Source: Candidatus Fischerbacteria bacterium RBG_13_37_8
Lineage (GTDB): Bacteria > Acidobacteriota > HRBIN11 > MFGW01
Reading direction: 5' to 3'
DNA: 5,979 nt
Assembly: GCA_001780385.1 (NCBI GenBank)
Contig: MFGW01000148.1
Span: 6,208 to 12,186 of the forward strand
Numbering within the stretch: position 1 is the first letter of the stretch; every line of letters starts with the position of its first letter. Positions 5,006-5,979 of the stretch are shown here, in pieces. Below the pieces are notes generated by a model that saw nothing but the letters and a program-made list of their open reading frames with translations, searched no databases and was not told the DNA's origin. Both the position numbers and the translations under genes were made by a program.

Positions 5006-5884
5006 ATGATGACAAGTTATTCAAAATGTGGCAAGGTATTTAGCCAGCAAGAGATAGAAGAGATCACAACAATAGTAAAGGAGCATTATCAGGAAGGCAG
5101 GTGTGAGATATCACGAAAAGTGTGTAAGGCATTATCGTGGTATTCAGAGAATGGGAAAATGAAAGACTGGATATGTCGTGAATTTTTGTTGAAGCTCCAG
5201 AAGGATAATCTTATCATTCTTCCACCGCCGAAGGCTTGTTCATTCACGAGATTCAGGAAGAAGAAGCTTGATAAGGTAGTATTTGATGAGCCGGACAGAG
5301 TCTTTGAAGGTAATCTTGGCGACTTTAGCAGGCCGGTATTTAAAAGAGTAGGTTCTTCATCTGAGAATACCCTATGGGAGTATTTGGTATGGAAATATCA
5401 TTATTTGGGCTATAAAGGAGTAATGGGGAGATTTTTAAAATATCTTATTTATATGGAAGACATTCCGGTCGGATGCATAGGATTTACCGGAGCAGCCTTA
5501 CGTGTCAGTGATAGAGACAGTTGGATAGGTTGGGACGATGAGGTAAGGAGAAAAAATCTGAAGCATGTAGCCAACAATTTTCGTTTTGTACTATTTCCGT
5601 GGGTAAGGGTAAAATATTTGGCAAGTCATATTCTGAGCAAAGCAATTCCCTTATTAGCAGAGGATTGGCAGAGGCAGTATAATGTAGCGATATATTTAGT
5701 GGAGACATTTATAGAACAGGAGCGATTTCAGGGGACATGTTATAAAGCAAGCAACTGGAAGCATGTAGGACAAAGTAGAGGATATGCGAAGACGAAGAAG
5801 GCATACCGCTGTCATGGGATAATTAAAGATGTCTATGTGTATCCAACCATGAGTAATTCATTAGAGTTATTACAATGTCTGTAA
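5006..5884 (+). CDS. DUF4338 domain protein (DruA-like family), 292 aa
   Basis: Track ORF. The C-terminal two-thirds carries the motif series I recognise from DUF4338 (PF14236) proteins: KYHYLGY, FLKYLIY, PVGCIGF, RDSWIGW, RRKNLKHVANNFRFVLFPWVRVKYLASHIL, AEDWQRQY and LVETFIEQERFQGTCYKASNWKHVGQSRG. The N-terminal ~70 aa (FSQQEIEEITTIVKEH...ISRKVCKALSW...ICREFLLKLQKDNLIILPPP) resembles the small helical domain typical of the family. An in-frame TGA at 4916..4918 with no ATG/GTG/TTG before 5006 fixes the start at 5006 or 5009. No good SD is present. Confidence 0.85.
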   Translation: MMTSYSKCGKVFSQQEIEEITTIVKEHYQEGRCEISRKVCKALSWYSENGKMKDWICREFLLKLQKDNLIILPPPKACSFTRFRKKKLDKVVFDEPDRVFEGNLGDFSRPVFKRVGSSSENTLWEYLVWKYHYLGYKGVMGRFLKYLIYMEDIPVGCIGFTGAALRVSDRDSWIGWDDEVRRKNLKHVANNFRFVLFPWVRVKYLASHILSKAIPLLAEDWQRQYNVAIYLVETFIEQERFQGTCYKASNWKHVGQSRGYAKTKKAYRCHGIIKDVYVYPTMSNSLELLQCL

Positions 5885-5979
5885 TAGAGTTAGCATTAGT
5901 AAAGAGAGAAGATACCGTTGGGGATTGTCCCCAAGAGGAATCCTGTCAAAGAGTAGCGATGCTTCTGAAGCAGAAGGAT
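5875..5979 (+). CDS. Possible 5' end of a downstream gene overlapping the DUF4338 stop (hypothetical protein, partial)
   Basis: The ATG at 5875..5877 overlaps the TAA at 5882..5884 (ATGTCTGTAA). 35 sense codons run to the window end: MSVIELALVKREDTVGDCPQEESCQRVAMLLKQKD. Three caveats apply. The SD is weak. A second plus frame (phase of 5877) is also open to the window end. A stable hairpin (5918..5934) lies inside the ORF. Coding status is therefore unresolved. Confidence 0.35.
   Translation, partial: MSVIELALVKREDTVGDCPQEESCQRVAMLLKQKD
5918..5934 (+). other. Perfect 7-bp stem / 3-nt loop hairpin TTGGGGA-TTG-TCCCCAA, 34 nt after the DUF4338 stop
   Basis: ttgggga (5918..5924) pairs with tccccaa (5928..5934). 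An alternative pairing is ggatt (5922..5926) with aatcc (5939..5943). No T-run follows, so it is not a canonical intrinsic terminator. Confidence 0.4.

Noticed and set aside
5505-5708. Track ORF, minus strand, 67 aa
   Set aside because: It is antisense inside the conserved core of the DUF4338 gene.
5006-5979. Calling this a Druantia defence system
   Set aside because: Only the DUF4338 gene is visible. No DruB-E-like genes, in particular no large DUF1998 helicase, are in the window, and the protein is shorter than the DruA proteins I recall. The window supports only a domain-level call.

Overview
AT-rich window with bacterial-type expression signals (GGAGG/GGTGG Shine-Dalgarno sites, TTGAC(A/T)-17-TGn-extended -10 promoters). 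I can support three solid genes and one doubtful one. (1) A long minus-strand ORF, 1..2236, is absent from the supplied ORF track, presumably because it runs off the window edge. I read 745 sense codons by hand. It encodes a signal peptide, a beta-propeller-like domain, an NlpC/P60 peptidase domain, an SH3b-like domain and the start of a further C-terminal domain. (2) A minus-strand gene, 2656..4671, encodes a secreted protein with two PPC-like beta-sandwich domains, about seven 52-aa propeller repeats (156-bp DNA tandem repeats) and a C-terminal heptad micro-repeat tail. (3) A plus-strand, divergently oriented DUF4338 (DruA-like) gene lies at 5006..5884. (4) A possible overlapping downstream ORF, 5875..5979, is cut by the window end. 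The most unusual sequence-level signal is non-coding. Both secreted-protein genes are preceded by the same 85-bp promoter-plus-leader module (about 79% identical by hand alignment, ungapped) carrying a GTGAA-N5-TTCAC palindrome. The 31-bp palindrome-bearing unit is tandemly duplicated upstream of gene 2. This points to a dedicated co-regulated two-gene exoprotein module whose regulator is not identifiable here. The DUF4338 gene marks the edge of a possible defence or mobile module that continues off-window. I cannot show a complete system from this window. No RNA genes, CRISPR arrays or demonstrable IS termini were seen.
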